From Candidatus Saccharimonadota bacterium (lineage in GTDB: Bacteria; Pseudomonadota; Alphaproteobacteria; CAJXXZ01; 1604HC), in contig NZ_CP043316.1 in the NCBI RefSeq assembly GCF_008189405.1, positions 270,001 to 302,000 on the forward strand: a stretch of DNA of 32,000 nucleotides. The letters are read 5' to 3'. Shown here one piece after another: positions 16,254 through 25,741 of this stretch (its first letter is position 1; each line of letters starts with the position of its first letter). A model generated the notes under the pieces. That model did not search any database, was not told the DNA's origin, and saw nothing but the letters and a program-made list of their open reading frames with translations. The position numbers were made by a program, and so were the translations under genes.

Positions 16254-17333
16254 CTAAACATTAAATTTAAAATTACAAATATCTCCATCTTGAACAATAT
16301 ATTTTTTACCTTCTTGTCTTATTTTGCCTTGAATTTTAGCTTCTTGTGATCCATTACATTCTATAAAATCTTCATAAGATATTACATCTGCGCTAATAAA
16401 CCCTCGCTCAAAATCTGTATGTATTACACCTGCAGCTTCTGGTGCAGTAGAATCTTTAGTTATTGTCCATCCTCTTGCTTCTTTTGGTCCAACTGTAAAA
16501 TATGTTTGCAAATTTAGCATCTTATACCCTGTTTTTAAAACGTAATTCAATCCATTTTCTTTTAAATTATACATTTCGTACATTTCTTGCTGTTCTTTTT
16601 CATCAAGATCTAAGAAGCTTTCTTCTAGCTTAGCAGACACAGGAATAATAATTTCATTTGGGTATGCAGCTTTTAAACTATCTAAATGATTATTACCATT
16701 TTGAACATCTTCTTCTGCTAGGTTGGCAATATAAAATTTAGGCAAAATAGTTATGACTCCCATTGTTTTCAGCCAATTTTTATCTTTATCTTCAAATTCT
16801 ACGCTAGATAAATAAATCCCTTTAGATAATAAGTCAATTGCTTTTTTTGCTAAACTCATTTCTTCTTTAGTACGCAAATTTCTATCTGCTTTTTTATTCA
16901 ACCATTTTTCAAGTAATTCAATATCAGCTAAAATCAGCTCTGTTTCTACTAATTCAATATCAGCTACTGGATCAATTTTGCCCTCTACATGTGTTATTTC
17001 TTTATCATCAAAACATCTTGCTACATGCATTATTAAGTCAACTTGCCTTATATGGCCTAAGAATTTATTACCTAACCCTTGCCCTTCACTTGCCCCTTTA
17101 ATTAGTCCAGCAATATCAATACAAGTCAGAGTTGGGAAAATGATTTTTTTAGAACCTTCCACTTTAGATAACATTTCTAATCTAGCATCAGATACTGCTA
17201 CATGCCCCTTATTTGGCTCTACAGTGCAAAAAGCATAATTCGAAGCTTCAGCAACAGCTTTCTTTAATAATACGTTAAATAAGGTCGATTTTCCTACATT
17301 AGGAAGACCTACACAACCACAAGCAAATCCCAT
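16254..17333 (-). CDS. ychF: Ribosome-binding ATPase YchF (Obg-like ATPase)
   Basis: GCVGLPNVGKSTLFNVL (G1), CTVEPNKGHV, DIAGLIKGASEGQGLGNKFL (G3), and the C-terminal TGS-like domain IHTDFERGFISADVISYEDF. Confidence 0.93.
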   Translation of the reverse strand: MGFACGCVGLPNVGKSTLFNVLLKKAVAEASNYAFCTVEPNKGHVAVSDARLEMLSKVEGSKKIIFPTLTCIDIAGLIKGASEGQGLGNKFLGHIRQVDLIMHVARCFDDKEITHVEGKIDPVADIELVETELILADIELLEKWLNKKADRNLRTKEEMSLAKKAIDLLSKGIYLSSVEFEDKDKNWLKTMGVITILPKFYIANLAEEDVQNGNNHLDSLKAAYPNEIIIPVSAKLEESFLDLDEKEQQEMYEMYNLKENGLNYVLKTGYKMLNLQTYFTVGPKEARGWTITKDSTAPEAAGVIHTDFERGFISADVISYEDFIECNGSQEAKIQGKIRQEGKKYIVQDGDICNFKFNV

Positions 17334-17543
17334 AACGCATTATAAATGCATTTGATGAAAAATAACCATAGATATAGATTGATGTAGTGATTTGATTATT
17401 ATTATATTAATAGAATAATAACTAGGATCATTTTATAAAAATAATATTAGGATCAATTGAATAACTATGACCAATTTACAAATAGTTGATTATAAAATCA
17501 TGATATATTAAAACGTAGTTTGAATTTTGAATTCAATTTATTA

Positions 17544-17855
17544 TTAAATAATAGTTTTGATCCAGTTTGATAAGTCAGTAGAGCTCATAGAACCTGAATG
17601 CCTTGCTTCTTCTTCACCTTTTTTCAGAATAATTAAAGTTGGGATACTTCTGATAGCATAATTCTGTGCAATTGAAGACATATCATCTATATTGATTTTA
17701 AAAAAAGGAATGTTAAAGTCATTAGAAACTTCCTCAAAAGTAGGCATAAAATTTAAACAAGGTTGGCACCATTCAGCCCAAAAATCCACAATGCACTCTG
17801 ACGCTTCTGTTAATTTATTTATATTTTCAGCATTTATCGCTATTACTTTATGCAT
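17544..17855 (-). CDS. Thioredoxin with a non-canonical WCQPC active site
   Basis: DFWAEWCQPC...IRSIPTLIILKKGEE fits the thioredoxin fold. A perfect SD AGGAGG (17862-17867) lies 6 nt before the second ATG (17855), so I prefer this start over 17873. Confidence 0.85.
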   Translation of the reverse strand: MHKVIAINAENINKLTEASECIVDFWAEWCQPCLNFMPTFEEVSNDFNIPFFKINIDDMSSIAQNYAIRSIPTLIILKKGEEEARHSGSMSSTDLSNWIKTII

Positions 17856-18007
17856 AAAATACCTCCTGTGCATGTATCATACGATTTTTTTTGTAAAAAT
17901 TACATATTGCAGAAAGTTGCATAAAATTTTATCGTTAGTTTATCTAATTGTGTTAATGGATTGCAACATTAATAATCTTACAAGAAAATTTAATTAATAA
18001 AGAAAGT

Positions 18008-18036
18008 TTGATTTAATTTAGAAAATGTGTTAAATA
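18008..18036 (+). promoter_or_regulatory. Candidate sigma-70-type promoter for the rpmI operon
   Basis: TTGATT (18008-18013), 17-nt spacer, TAAATA (18031-18036) preceded by TGT (extended -10-like). Sits about 25 nt upstream of the rpmI ATG. AT-rich background makes chance matches common. Confidence 0.25.
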
Positions 18037-18060
18037 TTGACAATAGAACCGGAGATTCAT

Positions 18061-18303
18061 ATGAAATTAAAAACGAAAAAGGCGCTAATAAAAAGACTTA
18101 ATGTATCTGCAACTAGACTAAAAAGAGGAAATGCTTTTAAAAGGCATAACTTAAGAAGAAGAACAACAAATATGAAAAGGCAGGCTACAGATTTAGTTGA
18201 TGTACATCCTTCTCATGAGAGGATGATCAAGAAATTGGCTCCATACATTAAGATTAAAGCAAAAAGAGTTAGATCTATAGAATCAGCAGAAGTGAAGGGG
18301 TAA
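18061..18303 (+). CDS. rpmI: 50S ribosomal protein L35
   Basis: MKLKTKKALIKRLNVSATRLKRGNAFKRHNLRRRTTNMKRQ matches L35. GGAG (18051-18054) lies 6 nt before the ATG at 18061. The track start at 18037 is a TTG upstream. Confidence 0.88.
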   Translation: MKLKTKKALIKRLNVSATRLKRGNAFKRHNLRRRTTNMKRQATDLVDVHPSHERMIKKLAPYIKIKAKRVRSIESAEVKG

Positions 18304-18306
18304 AAA

Positions 18307-18669
18307 ATGGTAAGAATAAAAAGAGGAACTAATAAAAAGAGAAGACATAAGAAGATCTTAGAGGCTGCTAAGGGATATCAAGGTAGATCATCTACATGTT
18401 ATCGTGTTGCAAAATCTAGAGTTGAAAAAGGGTGGCAATACGCTTATAGAGACAGAAGAAACAAAAAGCGTGTTTATAGATCTTTATGGATTCAAAGAAT
18501 TAATGCTGCTGTAAAATCTTTTGGTATTAATTACAGTAAGTTTATGAATCATTTGAAAACTGCTGGTATAGAGCTAAATAGAAAAGTATTATCTGAATTA
18601 GCAATTATGAATCCTGATCATTTTGCAGATTTAGTGAAAAAGGTTGTTCCTGCACAAAATGCTTCATGA
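18307..18669 (+). CDS. rplT: 50S ribosomal protein L20
   Basis: [68 protein letters not shown] is canonical L20. Confidence 0.95.
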   Translation: MVRIKRGTNKKRRHKKILEAAKGYQGRSSTCYRVAKSRVEKGWQYAYRDRRNKKRVYRSLWIQRINAAVKSFGINYSKFMNHLKTAGIELNRKVLSELAIMNPDHFADLVKKVVPAQNAS

Positions 18670-19654
18670 AAATGAAATTAATAGTATAAAACAAAATATT
18701 GAAGAAGAGATTTCATCATGTAAAGACATGAAAGGTCTCATTTTAGTAAAATCTAAGTTTATTGGAAAAGAAGGTATTTTAAATGCTTACTTAAAAAAAT
18801 ATTTAAAAAATTCAGAATTAAGCAATGAAAACAAAAAAAGCATTGGGTTTGAAATCAATCAACTAAAGGATTTTTTTAACCTTTTTTACAGAAAAAAAAT
18901 CAGTGCTTTTCAAAACAAACAAATACCGACAGATCAAATTGATTATTCTATTCCTGTATCTAGTGCTATAGGTAATTTGCACCCACTATCATTATCTAAA
19001 GAATATATTCACAAAATTATGCAAGAGATGGGATTTATATATGAAGATGGCCCTTCTATAGAAAAAGAATATTATAATTTTGATGCTTTGAATATTTCTA
19101 AAAACCACCCTGCTCGTAATGAGAAAGATACATTTTTTATAAATGATGATGTATTGCGTACTCATACTACTGCAGTGCAAATAAGAGCTTTAGAATCTCA
19201 AAAATATGTAGATGAATTTAGAATTTATTCTATTGGAGATGTATATAGAAGAGATGATGATTCAACTCATTTGCCTATGTTTCACCAAATTGAAGGGTTT
19301 ATTATAGATAATTCTGCTTCTATTTCTACTTTAAAAGGTTTTTTGTTAGATTTCTTGAAGAAGTTCTTTGAAAAGGATGATGTTGAAATTAGGTTGCGTC
19401 CGGGATATTTCCCCTTTACTGAACCATCTGTTGAAGTTGATGTTAAGTTCGAAAATGGAAAATGGCTTGAAATACTTGGAGCTGGTATGATTAGAAAAAA
19501 TATTTTATCTAAATATGGATATAAAAAAGGATTTGCATTTGGAATTGGTTTGGAAAGAATTACAATGATTAAGTTTGGAATAACTAATATTCATGATTTA
19601 ACTGATAATCATTACCCATGGTTAAAACAATATGGAAATTCTACGGAGAATTAA
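18659..19654 (+). CDS. pheS: Phenylalanine--tRNA ligase alpha subunit
   Basis: [74 protein letters not shown] (class II motifs 1-3). ATG at 18659; an alternative TTG lies at 18644. Overlaps the end of rplT. Confidence 0.92.
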   Translation: MLHENEINSIKQNIEEEISSCKDMKGLILVKSKFIGKEGILNAYLKKYLKNSELSNENKKSIGFEINQLKDFFNLFYRKKISAFQNKQIPTDQIDYSIPVSSAIGNLHPLSLSKEYIHKIMQEMGFIYEDGPSIEKEYYNFDALNISKNHPARNEKDTFFINDDVLRTHTTAVQIRALESQKYVDEFRIYSIGDVYRRDDDSTHLPMFHQIEGFIIDNSASISTLKGFLLDFLKKFFEKDDVEIRLRPGYFPFTEPSVEVDVKFENGKWLEILGAGMIRKNILSKYGYKKGFAFGIGLERITMIKFGITNIHDLTDNHYPWLKQYGNSTEN

Positions 19655-19657
19655 TTA

Positions 19658-21847
19658 ATGAAATTTACAATAAATTGGATAAAAGATTTTTATGATTTTG
19701 ATTTGACTAATATAGATATACGGTTAGTTGATAGAGGATTTGAAATAGAATGTCAGAAACATTCTTGTGATTTTGATGGCTTTAAATCTGTAGAAATAAT
19801 TGAAATTTCTAAACACCCCAATGCTGATAAATTAAGCCTATGTACTGTAAAAACATATAATAATGAAACATATAATATCGTATGTGGAGCATCCAATCTA
19901 TACATAGGGATGAGAGTGATTTTAGCAACAGTAGGATCTAAAATACCTAAAACAGGTATGGTTTTACAAAAAGCTAATATTCGTGGGATTGAAAGTTGTG
20001 GAATGCTTTGCTCTGCAGATGAATTAGGGTTAAATATTAAATCTGATGGGATTTTAGATTTACATGATATAAGTTTAGATGTATCTATATCGGATTTATT
20101 AGATAATGGGGAATTATTTGATATTGAAGTTACGGCTAATAGAAAAGATGTTTTAAATATTTTTGGTATTGCTAGAGAAATATCAGCTGGATTTAGGATT
20201 AAAAATGGTTCAAAAATAGATCATTATGAAAATAAGTACATATTAGAAAATAGAGAAAATGTTTTATCTGATTTTGGCAAAGATTATGATATTGCATTTG
20301 CAGAATTAAAAAATACTCTTAATGGCAAAAAGCCTGAAACTCCAATTTTTATTATTAATAGATTAAGTTCTGTTGGCATAAATATAAGTTCAAATTGTTT
20401 AGAAAATATTGTAAATTATGTTCAATATATATTTGGATACAATTTTTTTATTACGAATTTGCAATCAGAATCTGACATTTTAGAGCATAGAAATAATCTA
20501 AATGGTAATAGTTTGAATAATAATGCTTTAGGTTGTCAAACTGAAATTAAAATAGATGAGACAATGATAAGTAATTTAAAACTATATTTATTTATTAATA
20601 ATTATGAAGAGCAGAATTTAAAATATTCTTATGGGGATATATCTAATATAAAAATTGCTATAAATTACTTAATCGATTTATTGGAAAAATATTGTGGGTA
20701 TGCTTTTATAAATGGGTATAAACAAGTTAATGATGCTATTAATCAGCAGATTGAACTTAATTTTGCTGAAGTGAGAGAAATTTCTGGAAATGATTACTCT
20801 AATGATGAAGTGAAAATAGCGTTATCAAATCTGGATTTTAATATTTTATCTGAGACACCAAACATGATTAAAGTTGAAGTTCCAATTTGGAGAAAGAATG
20901 ATATAATTGACTCTTCGTGTTTAATTGAAGAGGTCATACGATACTATGGTGTGGATAATATTCCTATTCAAACTTTAAATAATATAAAGGTTAAATTTGC
21001 ATATGATATGCATTTTATTTTTCGTAAATTCTGGATTCAAAATGGATTATATGAAGTCTGCAATAATTCATTTATGGATAAAAAAGATGCTTTGTTTTTT
21101 GACCATGGGTTGATCAAATTAAATAATCCCATGACATCTAAGCAAACATACTTAAGAACATCTTTAATTTCTGGGTTATTGCATTTATCAAGTAAATATT
21201 TACGTTATAATTGGCAATGTGATGGAATATTTGAAATTGGCAAAGTGTTTATACAAGATAAACAATATAATTATTTAAGTTGTGTTTGGTTGCCAAAGTT
21301 AAATGATTGGAATCAGAAGCCAAAAGATTTCTTCGAATGTAAAAAAGAAGTTGAAGACTTTTTAAAATTTGCAAATATAAAATATGAGAATCAAGTAAAT
21401 CTACAAAATGGATGTGAATGGCATATTAATAGCAATCCTGTTTGTAAGTTGGTAGAATTGGATAACCAAATGGCAAAACATTTTAAGATAAAGCAAAAAC
21501 TTTTCATCTTTGAAATTAATCTTGATTTAATTATATTAGATCATAGAAATAGTATGCAAAATAATATTCTATCTAATTGTAATGTTATTCATAAAGATCT
21601 ATCATTTAGGATGCCAAAAGATTTACCAGTTGCAATGGTTATGAATATAATTAATATGAAATTTGATAAAAGCATAAGCATAAAGATATTTGATGTATAT
21701 CCTACGTATAAGCTTGCTGAAGAAAAATCAGTAGGAATTAGAATGATTTGGGAAGAATTAGATCAAACTAAAACATCTGAGGAAATTGAAGAAAAATGTA
21801 ATGAGCTAGTAAGGCTAGTAGAAGAGTTAGGGTGTAAATATGAGTAA
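19658..21847 (+). CDS. pheT: Phenylalanine--tRNA ligase beta subunit (shortened, divergent B3/B4 region)
   Basis: N-terminal tRNA-binding OB domain (HPNADKLSLCTV, GIESCGMLCSADELGL), B5-like VPIWRKNDIIDSSCLIEEVIRYYG, and C-terminal core and anticodon-binding region. 729 aa. Confidence 0.9.
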   Translation: MKFTINWIKDFYDFDLTNIDIRLVDRGFEIECQKHSCDFDGFKSVEIIEISKHPNADKLSLCTVKTYNNETYNIVCGASNLYIGMRVILATVGSKIPKTGMVLQKANIRGIESCGMLCSADELGLNIKSDGILDLHDISLDVSISDLLDNGELFDIEVTANRKDVLNIFGIAREISAGFRIKNGSKIDHYENKYILENRENVLSDFGKDYDIAFAELKNTLNGKKPETPIFIINRLSSVGINISSNCLENIVNYVQYIFGYNFFITNLQSESDILEHRNNLNGNSLNNNALGCQTEIKIDETMISNLKLYLFINNYEEQNLKYSYGDISNIKIAINYLIDLLEKYCGYAFINGYKQVNDAINQQIELNFAEVREISGNDYSNDEVKIALSNLDFNILSETPNMIKVEVPIWRKNDIIDSSCLIEEVIRYYGVDNIPIQTLNNIKVKFAYDMHFIFRKFWIQNGLYEVCNNSFMDKKDALFFDHGLIKLNNPMTSKQTYLRTSLISGLLHLSSKYLRYNWQCDGIFEIGKVFIQDKQYNYLSCVWLPKLNDWNQKPKDFFECKKEVEDFLKFANIKYENQVNLQNGCEWHINSNPVCKLVELDNQMAKHFKIKQKLFIFEINLDLIILDHRNSMQNNILSNCNVIHKDLSFRMPKDLPVAMVMNIINMKFDKSISIKIFDVYPTYKLAEEKSVGIRMIWEELDQTKTSEEIEEKCNELVRLVEELGCKYE

Positions 21848-23693
21848 TGAAATTAGCAAGAATAAGAAAATAGAATATACTGATCCTAGAAAAATTAGAA
21901 ATTTTGCTATTATTGCTCATATAGATCATGGGAAATCCACGCTATCTGATCGATTAATTGAATTTTGTAAAGGTGTTGAGCATAGAGATTTGCGACAACA
22001 AATGCTTGATTCTTTAGATGTAGAGAAGCAAAGAGGAATTACTGTAAAAGCTCAAGCTGTATCATTAAATTATATTTTAAATGGAGAGTTATACACTTTA
22101 AACTTGATTGATACTCCTGGACATGTAGATTTTAGCTATGAAGTTAAAAGGTCTTTAAAAGCATGTGAAGCTGCTTTAGTTTTAATTGATGCCAGCCAAG
22201 GTGTACAGGCGCAAACTATTGCAAATATTTATAAAGCTATTGAAGAAGATTTAATATTAATACCTGTATTGAATAAAGTAGATTTACCATCCTCTGATGT
22301 AGATGGAGTGAGTGCTCAAGTTAGAGATGTGCTTGGGATTGATGATACCCCTTTACAGGTTTCAGCAAAAACAGGACTTGGGATTGATGAAGTGATTCAT
22401 AAAATTATAGAAAAAGCACCTTCTCCATCTGGAAATATTAATAATGAGCTAAAAGCGTTGCTTGTTGATGGTTGGTTTGACCAGTTTCTTGGAATTGTTT
22501 TATTAGTAAAAGTAATTGATGGTAAATTAACACCTAATATGAATATTAGAATGATGCATACAAACGCTGTTTTCACTATAGATCACCTAGGTGTTCTTAC
22601 TCCAAAAAAGAAAAACTTACCTCATTTAGGTCCTGGCATGGTTGGATTTATTATTGCTAATATTAGAACTTTATCTGATGTAATGCTTGGAGATACTATT
22701 ATAGAAAAAGATAGTAAGATTACGACTCCATTAGAAGGATTCCAAGAGGTAAAGCCTGTTGTTTTTTGCTGTATTTATCCTGTAGATAGCTCTGATTATA
22801 ATCTTTTGAAAACAGCTTTAGATAAATTGAAGCTACATGATGGAAGCTTATTAGTTGAAAACACTAATATGCCTAGCTTAGGATCTGGGTTTAGATGTGG
22901 GTTTTTAGGTTTGTTGCACCTTGAAGTTATACAGCAAAGATTAGAACAAGAATTTGATTTAAATGTGATTATGACCTCTCCATCTGTAAAATATAAAATT
23001 ACTAAGACTGATGAATCTATAATTTTTGTAAACCACCCTTCTGAGATGCCTGAAAAGAATTATATTGAAAAAGTTGAAGAACCTTGGGTAAAAATTAGTA
23101 TTATTATTAATGAAGAATATACTGGCCCTACTATGAAATTATGTGATGAAAAAAGAGGAAAACAAATTGGGATAGAGTACTTAGAAGGGTTAAATGAAAG
23201 TTCTAAGAGATGTATATTAAATTATCGATTCCCATTATCAGATATTATTTTTGATTTTCATGATAAATTAAAATCTATTACTAAGGGATATGGAAGCTTT
23301 GAATATGAAGATGATAAATACGAAGAAGCTGATATTGTTCCTGTTAATATTCTGGTTGATGGTGTGAAAGTAGACGCAATTGCAACTATGATTTTTAAGA
23401 GCAACGCAGAATCTTATGGAAGATGGGTATGTAAATCATTAAAAGATTCTTTGGAAAGACATTTGTTTCCTATTCCTATACAGGCAGCAATTGGTGGCAA
23501 AATAATTGCAAGAGAAACTATATCTGCTTTAAGAAAAGATGTTACTGCAAAATGTTACGGTGGTGATGTAAGCAGGAAGCGTAAATTATTAGAAAAACAG
23601 AAAAAAGGAAAAAAGAAAATGAAAGAAATGATGGCAGGGAAAGTTGCAGTTCCTCAAAAAGCAATTCTGAAGGTATTACGTAGGTCCAAATGA
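21840..23693 (+). CDS. lepA: Elongation factor 4 (LepA)
   Basis: IRNFAIIAHIDHGKSTLSDRL, DTPGHVDFSYEV, NKVDLP, and the C-terminal LepA-specific region CYGGDVSRKRKLLEKQKKGKKKMK. Overlaps the end of pheT by 8 nt. Confidence 0.96.
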   Translation: MSNEISKNKKIEYTDPRKIRNFAIIAHIDHGKSTLSDRLIEFCKGVEHRDLRQQMLDSLDVEKQRGITVKAQAVSLNYILNGELYTLNLIDTPGHVDFSYEVKRSLKACEAALVLIDASQGVQAQTIANIYKAIEEDLILIPVLNKVDLPSSDVDGVSAQVRDVLGIDDTPLQVSAKTGLGIDEVIHKIIEKAPSPSGNINNELKALLVDGWFDQFLGIVLLVKVIDGKLTPNMNIRMMHTNAVFTIDHLGVLTPKKKNLPHLGPGMVGFIIANIRTLSDVMLGDTIIEKDSKITTPLEGFQEVKPVVFCCIYPVDSSDYNLLKTALDKLKLHDGSLLVENTNMPSLGSGFRCGFLGLLHLEVIQQRLEQEFDLNVIMTSPSVKYKITKTDESIIFVNHPSEMPEKNYIEKVEEPWVKISIIINEEYTGPTMKLCDEKRGKQIGIEYLEGLNESSKRCILNYRFPLSDIIFDFHDKLKSITKGYGSFEYEDDKYEEADIVPVNILVDGVKVDAIATMIFKSNAESYGRWVCKSLKDSLERHLFPIPIQAAIGGKIIARETISALRKDVTAKCYGGDVSRKRKLLEKQKKGKKKMKEMMAGKVAVPQKAILKVLRRSK

Positions 23694-25516
23694 GGCTTAT
23701 TTGGAAATTTATAATTAATTCTATCTTTGGAATAACTATATTTTTATTAGTAATAAACATAACTTTACCTAATGTTACCGATGTGTTTAACATGAAATTT
23801 GAGCCATATATTATTTTTAAGGATGAAAAAAGCAATTTAATTGCTACTTATGGAGATATTAAATATCCAGATATAGATATAAAAGATATTCCAGATAATT
23901 TACCAAATGCTCTAATTGCTCTGGAAGATCGTAGATTCTGGAATCATTATGGTATTGATATTTTTAGTATTTTTAGAGCTATATTTAAAAATTTCACCTC
24001 AAAGAAAATAGTAGAAGGTGGAAGTACAATTACACAGCAATTAGCAAAAAATCTGTTGTTACATCAAAGTGGAAAGATTCCAGCTAGATCTTATACAAGA
24101 AAAATACGCGAAGCTTTATTAGCATTAAAATTAGAATATTATTTTACTAAAGAAGAAATTTTATACTTCTATTTGAATCGAGTATATTTTGGTAGCAGAA
24201 CATATGGTATCAATGCTGCATGCTGGAAGTATTTTGGAAAATCTGTTAACAAAATCACTTTATATGAATCTGCATGCTTAGTAAGTTTGCTAAAAGCTCC
24301 ATCAAAATATGCATTTAACGCAGAAAAATTGAATAGTAGAGTCAGTTATGTTTTAGATAATATGGTAGATCAAAGTTATATTACTGAAAATCAAAAAGAA
24401 GTTGCGTTATTAAATAAATCTAAATTGATTCATCAAATTAACTATAAATCTATATATTATTTTACAGATTGGGTTGTACGAAACCAGATACCAAGTTGGA
24501 TTTCAGATATGAAAGTAAATTTAGAAATAATTACTACTATTGATATAAAATTACAACAGCACGCTGATAAAATAGCATCTCAAATTTACAATAATAATAG
24601 TGAGAATTGGAATTTTGAACATATTTCATTAATTGCATCTGATTATCAAGGTAAAATCAAAGCGATGATTGGTGGGGTTGAATATTCTAGTGGTGGTTTT
24701 AATAGAGCAACTCAAGCATTTAGGCAAACTGGATCTATATTTAAATTTTTTGTATATTTATCAGCTTTACAAAATAATATTACTCCTGGGACTTTAGTTG
24801 ATGATTCATGCCCTAATATAAATGGATGGTCTCCTAGCAATTATTACCATAAAGAAATGGGGTTTTTGCCTATGGAAGATGGGTTTATTAAATCTATTAA
24901 TGGAATAACTGTGAGATTAGCAAACCATATTGGAATAGAAAACATTACTAGCCTTTCATCTTATTTGGGCTTGTCTGATACAACAGAAAATAATCTATCT
25001 ATTTCATTAGGTAGTTCAAGTGCAAGCTTGTTAGAATTAGTAAATGCATTTGGTATAATACCAAATCAAGGAAAAAAATTCAAATCATTTGGCATTACAA
25101 AAATTACAGATAAAGATAATAATCAGGTATTATTTAAGTATATTCCAGATAGTAAGGCTGAAATTATTATTAAATCTGATATTGCAAAAGAAATGGGCAT
25201 TATTATGAAGCAAGTTATTTCACCACGTGGTACTGGAAAGAGTATAAAATTACCCTACCCTGCGGCTGGAAAAAGTGGATCTTCTCAAGAGTATCGTGAT
25301 TTTTGGTTTATAGGGTTCACTCCTAATTTGATTATTGGAACTTGGTGTGGAAATGATGATTATTTGAAATCTATGAAACTAAATAGAGGACCAAATCCTA
25401 GTGTAGTCGCATGGAAAGATTTTGCATCTGGAGTTGAGGTAAATGATTCAGACATTGCAAATTGGAATAAGTTTTTTAAGAGTAATAAAGAATATAAAGC
25501 TAAGTTATTAACCTAA
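23690..25516 (+). CDS. Bifunctional class A penicillin-binding protein (PBP1A family, compact 608 aa)
   Basis: Glycosyltransferase motifs EDRRFWNHYGID, GGSTITQQLAKN, RKIREA. Transpeptidase motifs SIFKF (SxxK), SIN (SxN), KSGSS (K[ST]G). N-terminal anchor. ATGA overlap with lepA. Confidence 0.88.
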   Translation: MRLIWKFIINSIFGITIFLLVINITLPNVTDVFNMKFEPYIIFKDEKSNLIATYGDIKYPDIDIKDIPDNLPNALIALEDRRFWNHYGIDIFSIFRAIFKNFTSKKIVEGGSTITQQLAKNLLLHQSGKIPARSYTRKIREALLALKLEYYFTKEEILYFYLNRVYFGSRTYGINAACWKYFGKSVNKITLYESACLVSLLKAPSKYAFNAEKLNSRVSYVLDNMVDQSYITENQKEVALLNKSKLIHQINYKSIYYFTDWVVRNQIPSWISDMKVNLEIITTIDIKLQQHADKIASQIYNNNSENWNFEHISLIASDYQGKIKAMIGGVEYSSGGFNRATQAFRQTGSIFKFFVYLSALQNNITPGTLVDDSCPNINGWSPSNYYHKEMGFLPMEDGFIKSINGITVRLANHIGIENITSLSSYLGLSDTTENNLSISLGSSSASLLELVNAFGIIPNQGKKFKSFGITKITDKDNNQVLFKYIPDSKAEIIIKSDIAKEMGIIMKQVISPRGTGKSIKLPYPAAGKSGSSQEYRDFWFIGFTPNLIIGTWCGNDDYLKSMKLNRGPNPSVVAWKDFASGVEVNDSDIANWNKFFKSNKEYKAKLLT

Positions 25517-25741
25517 AAACTGTTGTTTTATATATAAATGAAAAATAGATTAATTTATATTTTTATATGTACAAATTTATTGTTAATAAATTAATTAAAA
25601 TTCTCAATTTTAAGGTATATATTAAATAGATTAGTAAAACTTGTATAATGAGTAACAGTTTTCTATAACATTAACACATATTTCGCAATAATTTATGATA
25701 TTCATATAGCAATTCTATAAGTGTTTTTTTATTGTAATTAT

